A model generated the notes under the pieces. That model worked only from the letters and a program-made list of their open reading frames with translations, was not told the DNA's origin and ran no database searches. A DNA stretch of 62,142 nucleotides, filler included, from Asterionella formosa (lineage: Eukaryota), in assembly GCA_002256025.1 (NCBI GenBank). It is 18 parts of 18 records of this genome, joined end to end, with 100 filler letters (N's around TTAATTAATTAA, not from the genome) between each part and the next. Parts side by side here need not be neighbours in the genome. Positions count along the whole stretch, not along the records: positions 1 to 3,372 come from NKIB01014200.1; positions 3,473 to 6,844 come from NKIB01014201.1; positions 6,945 to 10,315 come from NKIB01014202.1; positions 10,416 to 13,785 come from NKIB01014203.1; 14 more parts are not named here. One strand, written 5' to 3'. Position 1 is the stretch's first letter; each line of letters starts with the position of its first letter. Shown in pieces: positions 1 through 11,130 of this stretch. The position numbers and the translations under genes were made by a program.

Positions 1-339
1 AATTTTTTTTAATGCATCTTCAGAAAAAAATGGATTGTTACAGAGATACATTTCTCAGATATTTCTCAGTAATGGCAAATAAGTTAGCCATTTTAAACTA
101 TTCATCTTAAGTTCATTCAACTATTCATCTGAAGGTCAAGAACTATTTTTCTGTATTTGTGTCTCCACAAACATGTGTATTAGACTCAGCAAAAATAATG
201 GCAATGTGCACTTCAATTATACAATCTGGTGTCTGACCATGCATCATCATTACTGAAACAACAATGACAAATCGACTGGAAGAACCTGACAGTTGGGCTG
301 TCATTGACAATCTTGATTTAGAACATGAAATAAAATGAA

Positions 340-1520
340 ACAACAGAGCAATTGCAGTGTCATTTTTGGAGTCCTATGGACAAATCTCGAAGCCACCTGT
401 GATCAGCAAAATGGGATCATCAACAACTTTACTGGAATGATCATGTCACAAAGCTTCTCCATGAGAATAGGTGTCATTGCATGTCTCTTCAAGCTTTCAA
501 TCTTCCATTGCAGTTGATGCTGTCAAATAAAATGCAAGTTATGATTTATACAGCACTAATCAGCATATTTATCCTGAGTTGATCCTCACCATTGGCTTTT
601 GCTGGCTTGCAGGCGGAAACCTCATAGACATTTGTCACATCTATGGAGTTTCTTATCCATCTGTTTATGCAATCACTAAAACATCCCTTGATGCAGTGAA
701 CTCCTGCACAGCATTATCAATTAAATAAGCTGCAACAAACAATCAGAAACAAGCAGCGATGAATGGATTTCTTGAAAAAGGCGAGGAGCAACTATTTCAT
801 GGATGCATTGGTGCTATAAATGGGTATATACAGCCTATTGCCAAACCAAGAAAAAGGATTGTGATGGCTTCCCTCAAGCATATTGGTCTGGGCATTATGT
901 GTTGTATGGAATGAATGTTCAAGCTATTTGCAACAGTAATTGTTGTTGTGGCACCAGGAAAATATCCTGATCAGAAGGCATTTGAAAGAACACAGCTTTT
1001 TCAGATTGTATCCAAACTTTGTCCAGGACAATACATAGTAGGTGATGCTGCTTACACACTGGCTGACTGATTAAGTCCTCTGTCCCTTTGTTGGAAATCA
1101 AAGGGAATCATCAAAGAAAGATGCATACAACTTTTTCCTTGTACAACTACGCATTATAATTGAGATGATGTTTGGGTTGCTTACCAATAAATGGAGGATC
1201 CTGAGGACATCCTTGTCCTTCAGCCTGAAGAAACTAGTTGCTATTCTTTCTGGCCTGCTTGTGCCCGCTTACACAATTTTTGCCGACTTATGGATGATGA
1301 TAGAAATAAGGAATTTGGTGGTGGTTTTGAATTTCTTTCTAGTTTGGAGCTTGTTGATTCAATGCTCAATGCTCCTCTTGGTTTGGATTATTTTCCATCT
1401 TTCAGGAAATTGGATGTAGTACAAGGTACTTCACAAACTTGGCCAATTGCCATTCTTGATGTTGTCACCAACAATGGGTTTAGGCAGCCTCCAGCTAATT
1501 TGTTGTTGCGAACGACATGA
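340..1520 (+). pseudogene. PIF/Harbinger DDE transposase (DDE_Tnp_4-like), frameshifted
   Basis: Motifs across shifting frames: FHGCIGAINGY, AYWSGHY..YGMNVQAIC, YIVGDAAY, AYNFFL.QLRIIIEMMFGLLTNKWRIL, ACARLHNFC. Many stops and frameshifts. Confidence 0.85.
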
Positions 1521-1639
1521 ACTGACTGAAATAGGATTAATGTAGTAGCATACAAAGAATAACTGGAAGAAATTTGATTCCAAGGTAATAACAACTAAAA
1601 GTAGAAATATAGTAACAAACCTAATTATAATTAGATGCA

Positions 1640-2678
1640 TCCTCAGCTGTTTGTATGAGAGTTAGTACAGAATTCTTTGTCAGCAGTGCATCCATGGCTT
1701 CAAAAATGCAACAAAACTGACATTCAATTGATACTCTTTACCGTCACATTGGTGACACTTCATTGCTTGCTACTTCAGCCCAAGCTTCCTTTAACTTTTC
1801 GCAGTACATACTTACAACAGGTATCCAATAACTTGTCCCAAACTTCTTTATGGGGAAATTTCCTTGCATCCAGCTCACTCATAGTTGGTTTATTCCCAAG
1901 ATCCAAAACATCTTGATGATGTATCTCATCAAAGTAGACATTAATTTCTCAGTAGTATGTGCCTTGCCGCTTAACATATTTGACAGCAGTTGCAGCATTT
2001 CTTTTTTCTTATCCTTGGGAGGTTTTCCATGTTTCTTAATGATAATCTGGCATTTTTCAGAATCATCCAATAAAGTATCGGCAGGGACTGGAGATAAAAA
2101 AGCTGACAATTGGGAAGGGGATAATTCGGAATTTATGCTAGAATCATTGGCAATATCTTCTCTGGTGGCAGGAAGTGGCTTTGATAGTAGATGAGGAGAC
2201 TTCCTGGTTGAAGATTCAGGAGTAAAGAGATCTCCATTTGTTTTCAGATGCTTCTTTGGTTCTTTGGATGACCTTTTGTTGTACCCCATCATGTCTCGAA
2301 GGTCAATCATCTTTAACCAAGCAATTCTTAATGAGTGTAATATTTATCACCTTTGTTTTTTGTTTGTATCCAGAAACTTTAAAGTGAACACACATATATG
2401 AATAAGTTGTTGTAGGGATATCTGTTGAATGAGCATCTCTTTTATCATTGTCAATCTTCCCTCGCTGTCAATGAGAAAATCAGCAGAGGTGGTACTTGCA
2501 ACCCACAGATCATCCAGTTTTCTTGGTGCAGAGTAACTTTCACCATTGAGTATTCCTTGAAATTTCTTGTAGCACATTTATGCGAGAAACTTTGCTTTCC
2601 AGATGTGCCATTTAGCATCTGGCCCAGCCATCAAACGTTGCTTGGCAACCTCACAGATGTGTCTTTGTCACTTCCCAT
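1640..2678 (-). pseudogene. Degenerate Ty1/Copia gag
   Basis: ATG at 2678 just downstream of an LTR and PBS-position sequence. Reads MGSDKDTSVRLP..., WHIWKAKFLA.MCYKKFQGILNG (Copia gag N-terminus type) and a zinc-knuckle remnant KCHQCDG near 1750. Disrupted. Confidence 0.65.
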
Positions 2679-2721
2679 CGTTCCTGAATAGCCTGTGGCC
2701 TCAAAGCGTCGCTTTAAAGCG

Positions 2722-3099
2722 TGTTAAATGTTCACGTACTCCTTCCCGTCTGACGGGTATCCTCTTACGTAGGTCTTACCTGTTGTACCACTAGTTCTAT
2801 TATCTTTTGCTGCTAGTAGCCTTGGTGCTAGTTTTCGCTGTTGACCTTACTCTGTGGTCACTGTTTCTTAATTATAAGTTTAAACTAAAACTAAGTTTTA
2901 ATCCCATTCGTCGCACTTTGAGAACCTGCTCTTTGTGTTCCCTTTTCTTTGATGCAAACCTTCGTCTGATGATCTAAAACATCAATCTCATTAGCAAGCT
3001 TCTTGACATGTTCACGATTGACTCATTGGACTATACCGGGTAGTCGAGTCCACAATCCTTGTGACTCATTATAGCCATTGATGCTTTATATTCTTGACA
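2722..3099 (-). mobile_element. Copia 5' LTR (378 bp)
   Basis: Minus strand starts TGTCAAGAATAT and ends ACGGGAAGGAGTACGTGAACATTTAACA. Both ends match the 3' LTR at 22425-22830, and the interior matches 45213-45455. Confidence 0.8.
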
Positions 3100-3170
3100 T
3101 GTGTAGTGCTGGTATATATTACGAACGTACCCGAAAATAAATCAACTCTCAGCGCAACCTTTTATGGCCA

Positions 3171-3372
3171 TACATATAGTCGTAGCTGTGTACTGCACTG
3201 GTAGTTAACTAGCCCCTTCGACAAAGCTCGCGATGTACATATACCGGTACTTGAGTACAGGGTAGACTGGGTACCAGGTACCAGTACATATAGTCGTAGC
3301 TTTGTTGTGCACCGGCACCTTCGACAAAAAAGCTATGTAGCGATGTACCGGTACTCGTTTAGACTGGGTACC
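3171..3372. repeat. Diverged tandem duplication (about 100 nt x2)
   Basis: TACATATAGTCGTAGCT...CTTCGACAAA...GCGATGTAC...TAGACTGGGTACC occurs at 3171 and 3285 with different short indels. Confidence 0.8.
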
Positions 3373-3472
3373 NNNNNNNNNNNNNNNNNNNNNNNNNNNN
3401 NNNNNNNNNNNNNNNNTTAATTAATTAANNNNNNNNNNNNNNNNNNNNNNNNNNNNNNNNNNNNNNNNNNNN
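3373..3472. other. Artificial contig spacer (N-run + TTAATTAATTAA six-frame stop + N-run), first of 17
   Basis: Identical 100-nt spacers start at 3373, 6845, 10316, 13786, 17255, 20719, 24183, 27642, 31077, 34533, 37989, 41445, 44901, 48354, 51803, 55251 and 58698. The intervening contigs are about 3.33-3.37 kb, roughly size-sorted. 8533-8713 is a plain N gap without the linker. Confidence 0.98.
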
Positions 3473-4455
3473 CGCTTGGGAGTCGATGGGTCTTCAAGAA
3501 AAAGAAGGAACAAGACTTGACTACACGCTATAAGGCACGTGTGGTTGTCAAGGGATATGTTCAAATCCCCGGTGTTGATTTTACCGACTCGTTTGCACCT
3601 GTGGCTACGGATACAAGTATCAGAGTTGTCTTTGCAATCACCATGCACAAAAAGACATGGACTTTGGAGGTCATTGACGTCGAAGCATCCTTTCTTGAAG
3701 GAGACTTAGAGGAAGACATCTACCTTGAATGGCCTGAAGGCGTTGTTGAGTTTGGCTTTGAAGACAACAAGGTTGTCTCAGAAAATTGTATTCTTCTAAG
3801 TAAAGCCATGTATGGAACGGTGCAGGCTGCGCGACAGTGGTACAAGAAACTTGTGGAGCGTCTGATTCTCATTGGAATGAAACAGAGCAAAGTGGATCCA
3901 TGCATTTTCTTCTTGAAACGTGATTTGAAATTGGTTCTAATTGTTTGTATCTATGTTGATGACTGCATTGTTGCAGGAGAACAAGCCGATGTTGACTGGC
4001 TTAAGGCTGAAGCCAAGAAGCATTTCACCATAAAGGAACTCGGACCAATCAAGAAACATTTAGGAGTTTGGTATGACTGGGGAGAGGATGCTGATGGAAG
4101 ATTTCTTGAATCTACTATGGAGGATTTCGTTGAAGGAATTTTTGAAGACTATAAGAATCTCTTTGGACGTTATCCCGCAATTGCACCAACTCCCAGATTG
4201 CCAGGTGGAGCGATTTTCCTAAGCAAAAACCAACAAGTTGGATCAAGGACAAAGCATATTGATGTCAGATATCATTTCATACGTGAGAAGACTGAAGATG
4301 GATATGTTGTTGTGGTCTATGTACAAACATGTGAAAACCCTAGTGACCTGCTGTCAAAGAATGTAACTCAGAAGGTGTATGAATCCCATGCATATGATAT
4401 TTGCAATGGGACAATGGATTGTTGGAACTGGAACAGGGAGGATGTCAAGATTTAG
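3473..4455 (+). mobile_element. Ty1/Copia pol (RT fused to RNase H tail), internally deleted, 5'-truncated by contig end
   Basis: RYKARVVVKGYVQIPGVDFTDSFAPV, IDVEASFL, YVDD, then APTPRLPG joined directly to GAIFLSKNQQVGSRTKHIDVRYHF. PPT AACAGGGAGGA ends at 4442. Confidence 0.92.
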
Positions 4456-4904
4456 TACTGCGTGCATATTAGTTCAGTCGAACTAATCAATCTTGAATAA
4501 TATTCCAGCCAAAATCCCGTATTGAAATGCTGTGAGAATTTGAACAGCATTGATTGCCAAGAACTATATCAGCAAACCAAGGTAAATATTCGAATGGAGA
4601 ATGTTCTAAGTAATCAATATTTCAATGAAAGAAAGGTATATACGCAATGCAGATAGCATTGAATATTCACGATTGTTCTACTAAGTGAGTGGAGTTGAGT
4701 TGTCAGTTGAGAATTGAATGTCTTACAACACAATGAATATCTATATACAAATTTGGGAAGAGAACCTTAATAATTGGTCATGTGAACGATTACAAGATAG
4801 ATCAAATAAGCTCACAATAAGGTGGGATTAGAACAGAAGGTTTTAATACACTGAGCTTGTCTAGAAAGAGCTAGCATTGCAGTCAGACAGCAGAAGAATT
4901 TAAC
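4443..4904 (+). mobile_element. Copia 3' LTR (3' end uncertain)
   Basis: TGTCAAGA immediately follows the PPT. Candidate end ...ATTTAACA near 4904. Confidence 0.5.
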
Positions 4905-5301
4905 ATGCTTTCACATCGCGGTCGATATCTGTTCTGCAGGAGTACCTGGTACTTGGTACAGGTACATAGTACCTGTACTGATCTACCGGTAGCATCTTTT
5001 TCAAATCAGAATCGCTCGCAACCTGATGGTGGTTGGTACCGGTACCTTATACCAGGTCCATCAGGTGCCTTGTAATGCAGTACGGTAGGCTCGCTCTAGC
5101 ATGGAGCGGAGGCACTTTTCGGCTAATACCACCGTCGTACCGTAGTACGGTATAATATTCATACTAAGATATGCTTCTGGTCATAATATGTACACTATTG
5201 TAAATATATATTCCGGTATAAATATGATATATGTTAAAGAAAATACAATACCGTACAGCCATTCCTACACCAGGTACCTGTAGTCTAGTACCAGGTGTGT
5301 G

Positions 5302-5472
5302 TGTTGAGAGGGAGAAACGCTTGCAACGGATGCCAGCGGCAGCTACATTAACAAGGAACTGAGATTCTAAAGTAGTATTTAACTAGCTGTAGAGGGACCA
5401 GTACTCACGGGAATTAAGCACTTACAGGAATCTTGGTAGGATATACGGAGTAACCGGTATATGGTACCAACA
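5302..5472 (-). mobile_element. Copia 3' LTR (171 bp)
   Basis: Minus-strand PPT GAGGGGGG (5480-5473) followed by TGTTG...CAACA terminal inverted repeats. Confidence 0.7.
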
Positions 5473-5478
5473 CCCCCC

Positions 5479-6844
5479 TCAAGTGAGAAAATTCCCATGA
5501 GACGGGACAATAATATTGCGGAGGCGGAGAAAATGGGCATCATCTTTATGTTCTTTGGTGAACAGATCAGCAACATTGGTATCCCCTGGGAGGTGGGTGA
5601 CAAAGATTTCGGAAAAACGGTGAGCGTCGCGCACAGCCATGTTGCGGATATTAATATGCCGCATCTTTTTGTTAGCACAGTTGTGGGACCAGTCCACAGC
5701 ACCTCGGTTGTCATTCCAAAGAGGGGTGGGGAGAGTTACATCAGGCATGTGGAGGTCACTAAGGATATGGCGGATGAATTGGGTAACCTTGGTGCCCTCA
5801 TCTGCAGATTTGATTTCAGATTCGCAGGTACTGCGGCTCACACGAGGTTCACGAATGACATGCCAGGCAATGGGGCCACCTGTACGTGTACTGATGGAAC
5901 CAAGAAGGGAGCAACACTCGGCAAGAGAGATGATGTCGGTGGGGTTGGGTTTGGAAGCATCTTGGGGGCCCCAGTTGGCATCGGTGTAAGTGGTGAGAGT
6001 GGGAGTGTCCTTGGGCCAGCCAAAGGTGGTGGAGAGGTATGAGGAAGCAAATTGCGAGGTAAAGGCAATGCCATGATCGGCAGAGCCAGCCAGGTATCGT
6101 AACACATACTTGGCACCTAAAAGGTGAGCAGGGGTGGCATAGGAGTTGTGCTGAGCCAGGAGAGTGAGGGCCACAGAGACATCAGGACGTGTGCTGACAG
6201 CCAGCCAATTGAGAGCCCCAATGAGTGACTGGTATTGTGTAATAATGGCCGCGCGAGCTTTGGGGGAAAGTTCAGCACCATCAGGCACAATGCGGTCATA
6301 GACCAGGCCAGAGCGATAAGGGGTAGGGGCATGGCGACAATCCACCATATCAAACCGGTCAAGGAGATTGCGAAGGTAAGCCTCCTGGGATAAATGAACA
6401 CTGAGGTGACCAGTGGAAGCATTGGGGTGCCAGGCAAAGTAAATACCAAGGAACCATGAGATGGGACCCATGAAGTCAACACGGAGACGAGCCGCCACAG
6501 CGGCCTCAAACCACTGCTCAACCTCATCACTAACAGAGAAGTAGGCAAAGTCGTCCACATATATGCCCACATAAAGGGGAGGGGAACTAGGCATAGGAGA
6601 GCCAAAGAAAATGCAGGGTTCATGAGGGCACTGGGATAAGCCCAGGGACAGGAGAACGTCCCGGAAACAAGTGAACCAGTGGCGAGGGCTCCGACGGAGA
6701 CCATAGAGAGTTTTATGGAGGCGCCAGTAGGTACCAGGCTTGGAAATGGGGCAACCATAGGGCGGTTTAATGACAACCACCTCGTCTGGGGGTAGAACAG
6801 GATGGCAAAAGGCGTTCTTGCAGTCGCCCTGTTTCAAAAGGCGG
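5479..6844 (-). mobile_element. Ty1/Copia RT-RNase H (second lineage), open frame, 5'-truncated
   Basis: QGDCKNAF, LYGLRRSPRHW, YVDD, TRPDV, YTDANWG, SRSTCESE, NDNRGAV, NVADLFTK. It lies tail-to-tail with the element at 3473-4904. Confidence 0.93.
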
Positions 6845-6944
6845 NNNNNNNNNNNNNNNNNNNNNNNNNNNNNNNNNNNNNNNNNNNNTTAATTAATTAA
6901 NNNNNNNNNNNNNNNNNNNNNNNNNNNNNNNNNNNNNNNNNNNN

Positions 6945-7142
6945 TTCTTTTTTGTTTGGCTGTACTCGTTGGTGTTCTGGTTCCTCCAAGACTTCTTGAA
7001 AGTGATGGCTTTCAAGTGGATGTACTGGAAGGATTTCAACAAAATATCGAGCACTGGCGTGGTGATCATGCCCGAGTCCGCGTTGAAGATGATCACGGAG
7101 TTGGACAAAGCCATGAAAGAGGGAGTCCCTGCGCACCATTGA
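6945..7142 (+). CDS. C-terminal fragment of a plasma-membrane P-type H+-ATPase (putative)
   Basis: Open frame from the contig start: FFFVWLYSLVFWFLQDFLKVMAFKWMYW...HH*. WxYxxxxWFxQDxxKV resembles the last TM helix of algal P3A H+-ATPases. Missed by the ORF track. Confidence 0.6.
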   Translation, partial: FFFVWLYSLVFWFLQDFLKVMAFKWMYWKDFNKISSTGVVIMPESALKMITELDKAMKEGVPAHH

Positions 7143-7480
7143 TGAGTTTCAGTTCTCCTTTGAATTTATTTCACTGGATTGAATTTACGATACATGCATG
7201 TAATGAATGATAAGAGCCCCAATATAGTGATTGAGGTTTACATAGCAATTGCCATGAAGCCGAAAGTAGAGCGAATCTGGCAAATTCTATTCATAGTCAG
7301 CAATTCCAGTTATTGTCAGCAAATTTCTAGTCAAATGTAGTCATCAACTGGATCAGTAGTCGTAAAAAAGAGTCATTTTGAAAATATCAGTGCGTGGACT
7401 ATTAATTGATATATAAAATTAGTATGTTTATAGCCTATTCGTACTCCCCTTTTTCAAGGCAAGTATTTTATTGTGCTACT

Positions 7481-7690
7481 TGCCAACAAGACCTGCCTTC
7501 CCTAGTTTTGTTAGCGTAGGTTAGTCCCCAACCACCTTTCGCGAAAGGGGACCGTCTTAGCTGTGGTGTTAGGGGAAACTCCGACCGCCTAGGAAGGCCG
7601 CACAAGCTGCTTGTACGGGGGCAACCCACTATTTCTTGCACATCAGGCAAGACCATGCGAGATGGTAAAGAGTGCGGGAGTCGAACCTAA
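7481..7690. repeat. Dispersed hairpin-rich element (copy 1)
   Basis: Shares TGNCAACAAG...CTTCCCTAGTTTTGTTAG...TCCCCAACCAC.TTTCGCGAAAGG...CGTCTTAGC with 10227-10315. Confidence 0.7.
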
Positions 7691-7702
7691 CAATTGCTTC
7701 TC

Positions 7703-7777
7703 AAAAAAATTGCGGAAATCGAACCTCACAACCTGAGATCTAAGGCAACATGCTAAAACACTAAGCCATACTTCTGC
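7703..7777 (-). ncRNA. Degenerate tRNA-like Pol III unit (tRNA pseudogene or SINE head)
   Basis: Minus strand has an A-box-like TGGCTTAGTG, B-box GGTTCGATTTC and a T7 run. A second B-box, GGTTCGACTCCC, lies at about 7676-7687. No clean cloverleaf. Confidence 0.45.
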
Positions 7778-10226
7778 ATCAGAAATATAGATACTTACAG
7801 CTAGTAAATAAAATTAAAAATTAGATTTATTCACCAGATTTGGAGTGCTCATATCATTTCAGCTGAACATAATAATTCAGCTGAAATGACATACCAAGTC
7901 AAATGAAAAAATTGTTGATCAATCCTTTTTCTTATGAACAAAAATTTAGCTCAATCAATAACTTTTGAAACTTCCGGTATGCTAAGTAAAACGTTAGATC
8001 TAACGGGATTTTTATTCACAGATGTTGAAAAGAATATTTGAATAATGATTCACATTGGTGAAATCTTCTCAAGCAATTTTTGAGTGTCATGCGCATGATA
8101 ATAAATATCTTTTACTTGAGAGTTATAATTTTGATGAATTATCTGGATCTAAAATATAAAAGCCAAATGCTGTTTTATATCGGCCGGCCGGTCACTCAAA
8201 TTTTTGCCGGAAACTGAATACAACATGTCACTATGATAATTATAACAAGAATAGTCTACATGTCATAAATTATATATAATAAACGGTTGTTGGAGTAACA
8301 TAGACTATACCGCTAGATACTTAATGGTTGCAATCCTCAAAACAAGCAAGCATACCGTTGTTGTCTTCCTTCCTGTCATCGCCACTTTCGCAGTTCCGCA
8401 TTCCATGATCAAAGGCAAGTTATTGTTATTGTACTGTTATATCCTCCTTCATTTGTATGTAGATTATGGATCATGGTTCGAAGAAAAAGGGGTCTTCATC
8501 AATCTACTATGTTATGCTCAAGATGGCCATAGNNNNNNNNNNNNNNNNNNNNNNNNNNNNNNNNNNNNNNNNNNNNNNNNNNNNNNNNNNNNNNNNNNNN
8601 NNNNNNNNNNNNNNNNNNNNNNNNNNNNNNNNNNNNNNNNNNNNNNNNNNNNNNNNNNNNNNNNNNNNNNNNNNNNNNNNNNNNNNNNNNNNNNNNNNNN
8701 NNNNNNNNNNNNNACCACCTATGTAATATACATGGATCTGTCGCTAAGCGCAAGGCACATATTGGGCAATTAAGCCGGAGAAAATCATAGGACTGAAAAT
8801 GGCGCCCTAGAGAAATTTAAAGAATTGACACAATTGTTTCGCCCAGAGTGAGTACCAGATACTAGATTACCGGTAAGTCAAAAAATACAAGCATTGCAAA
8901 TAAAGTTTGTATGAAAATGTTATTACTTGTAATACAGTTATTATAATGGAAGCTGTAGCCAGAAGGAACGCAAGGCAGTAGAGCAAAACCAAAAGGGGGC
9001 ACCACTCAAGCTTGTCTTTGCGCAGCACTACTATTTCACCTCCTCTTAATAGCATTAGCACTGCCGTTTCACAAACTCTTTTAGAATCTTGATTAAAACT
9101 ATCAATACTATACCTAGGCAAGCAATCATGGTAAGTCATTGAGCAAAGCCAAAAGGGCGGGACACCATTCCAGCTTGGCTTTGGGAAGCATTCTTCCTTT
9201 TACCTCCACCTGGTAACAGCAGCGCTGCCAATTCACCAGCTATTTCACTAGCAATATACCTAAGCAACAAGTAATCATCTTTTAATGTATCTGAGAAAAA
9301 CAGGAGTGGAGATTAAAGTGGTGAGTTATTGTTGCATTAGAAATTACAAATCTATCATCACTTCAACATCGCATGCATGATTCTTACCTTTAATTTACTT
9401 CCATGTCGATGTACTATTTACACCATGGCATTCGCGGTTCATCATCACTGAATGGCATCAAGATAGAAAAGTAGATTGTTAGTGTATACAGAGAAAGGCT
9501 AAGAAATAAACAATACCAACATACCAAGAAAAGCGCCAACAATTAAGGTTTGAAAACAACACCCATTCTTGTTTGAATCTTGAATTTTCTTTCAGAAGAG
9601 GCTATAAATTAAAAAGGAGGTTGAGCTGAGAGGAGAAGAAGCTCAGAAAGAAGAAAAATCGCATCAAAATAACCATGCAGAGGCCATCATTGTCATACAT
9701 TGTGAGTTTTCCTTTCAGCATGATTTTTCAATTATGTGGTGCAAGATTGATGATGATAACATATGTAATTAATTAATTGATATTCACGCGGTCAATTATG
9801 CTCATTTCATAGTAATACAATGTACGAGACTACTCTAAAATGAACACACAAAAATAATGGTGCGGTCTGCAGTGTTGTCCGAGTCTACAACGAGGACCTC
9901 CAATTTTACCACCACCTTCAACTTCCATCAGTAATTAAATAGATACTAGTAGTAACATAAATAAATTATGTATGGATGTATTAATACTCAGGGTATGGTA
10001 CCCAAGGTAGCCCTCATGAGCGCTAGTACATGCTAAATTACAATTGTTTTGCTGTTTGACAGTTGATACCAACAAGACAAATGTGAAAAGCGGAAAAATA
10101 ATAATTGAATCGAAAAAGGGGACTCTTTATTTAATTTTGTGGTGAGACTAACGTAAAAATTGAGACTCACTTACTATGGCTTGCTTTCTAAGACCATGGA
10201 GTTACATGGAAATTCATTGGACAGCC

Positions 10227-10315
10227 TGACAACAAGTCCATGTGCTTCCCTAGTTTTGTTAGAGTAGGTGACTCCCCAACCACTTTTCGCGAAAGGTGAT
10301 CGTCTTAGCCACAGC
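10227..10315. repeat. Dispersed hairpin-rich element (copy 2, truncated by contig end)
   Basis: Same orientation and core sequence as 7481-7565. Confidence 0.7.
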
Positions 10316-10949
10316 NNNNNNNNNNNNNNNNNNNNNNNNNNNNNNNNNNNNNNNNNNNNTTAATTAATTAANNNNNNNNNNNNNNNNNNNNNNNNNNNNN
10401 NNNNNNNNNNNNNNNATCTACATACGACAAATTCTACACACGAGTATATGGAGAAACGGAATCCAGAATCAGCTTGGATGTAATGCTTGATGTCGAAATC
10501 GAGCATCACATCATCAGCATATCACTCACACCGAGAGCGATAAGCTGGTATTGGACCTGGTACCTGGTACCACGATGATACATGTCTCACCAGTGTACAT
10601 ACGGCATGTACTAGTAGGTATACTTTGTGAGGGAGTATAAGGTAATGTACTGGAACTGTGTTTGGATTAAAAATGGAACAGCAATAATTCATTTGGACAT
10701 TGTAACTGCATAAAATCATACACTATTCCTCTTAACTATTACCAGTGCTCTAGAATCCCATGGATAAATGCTTTTCCTCCTTGCAAAGGAGTAACATCAG
10801 CAATGTCAACAGTCTCCACTGAAGGATGGTGGCATATATAATGCTGATTGTTACCATAATTTACAACCATTTTGTCTACTACTGCAGAGTATACTCTTGC
10901 CATCCAAGGATCGAGAAGCTCATCATCACTGCTCATCCTCAAAACCTGT

Positions 10950-11130
10950 TAAAAAAGGGACAAAATCTCTTGTCTTGGTGATGGCCTTTAAACAACTAAT
11001 ATTTTCAACAGCTGCATTGAATTGACATAAATACATTCCAAGTGCAAAGATTAGACAAATAACCATTGGATTGGGATAAGCAGGCCTTGAGAATCTTGAC
11101 TGGTCACCTTTTAAATATTTATCCCTCAAA
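10950..11130 (-). pseudogene. Crypton-like tyrosine-recombinase remnant
   Basis: KGDQS...AYPNPMVICLIFALGMYL followed, after a frameshift, by LFKGHHQDKRF. Resembles the K.DQ...YANP..P.ICP..AL..Y...LF.G..Q..RF segment of stramenopile Crypton-type YR transposases. Confidence 0.4.

Noticed and set aside
1879..2577. Convergent ORFs as the Myb/SANT partner of the Harbinger transposase
   Set aside because: They follow an LTR and carry Copia gag-type motifs, so they belong to a separate element.
7628..7650. Hammerhead-like CTGATGTGCAAGAAA on the minus strand
   Set aside because: The core deviates from CUGANGA, and stems I-III with a cleavage triplet could not be built convincingly.
8324..8773. ORFs spanning N-runs
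   Set aside because: Their length is created by ambiguous bases.
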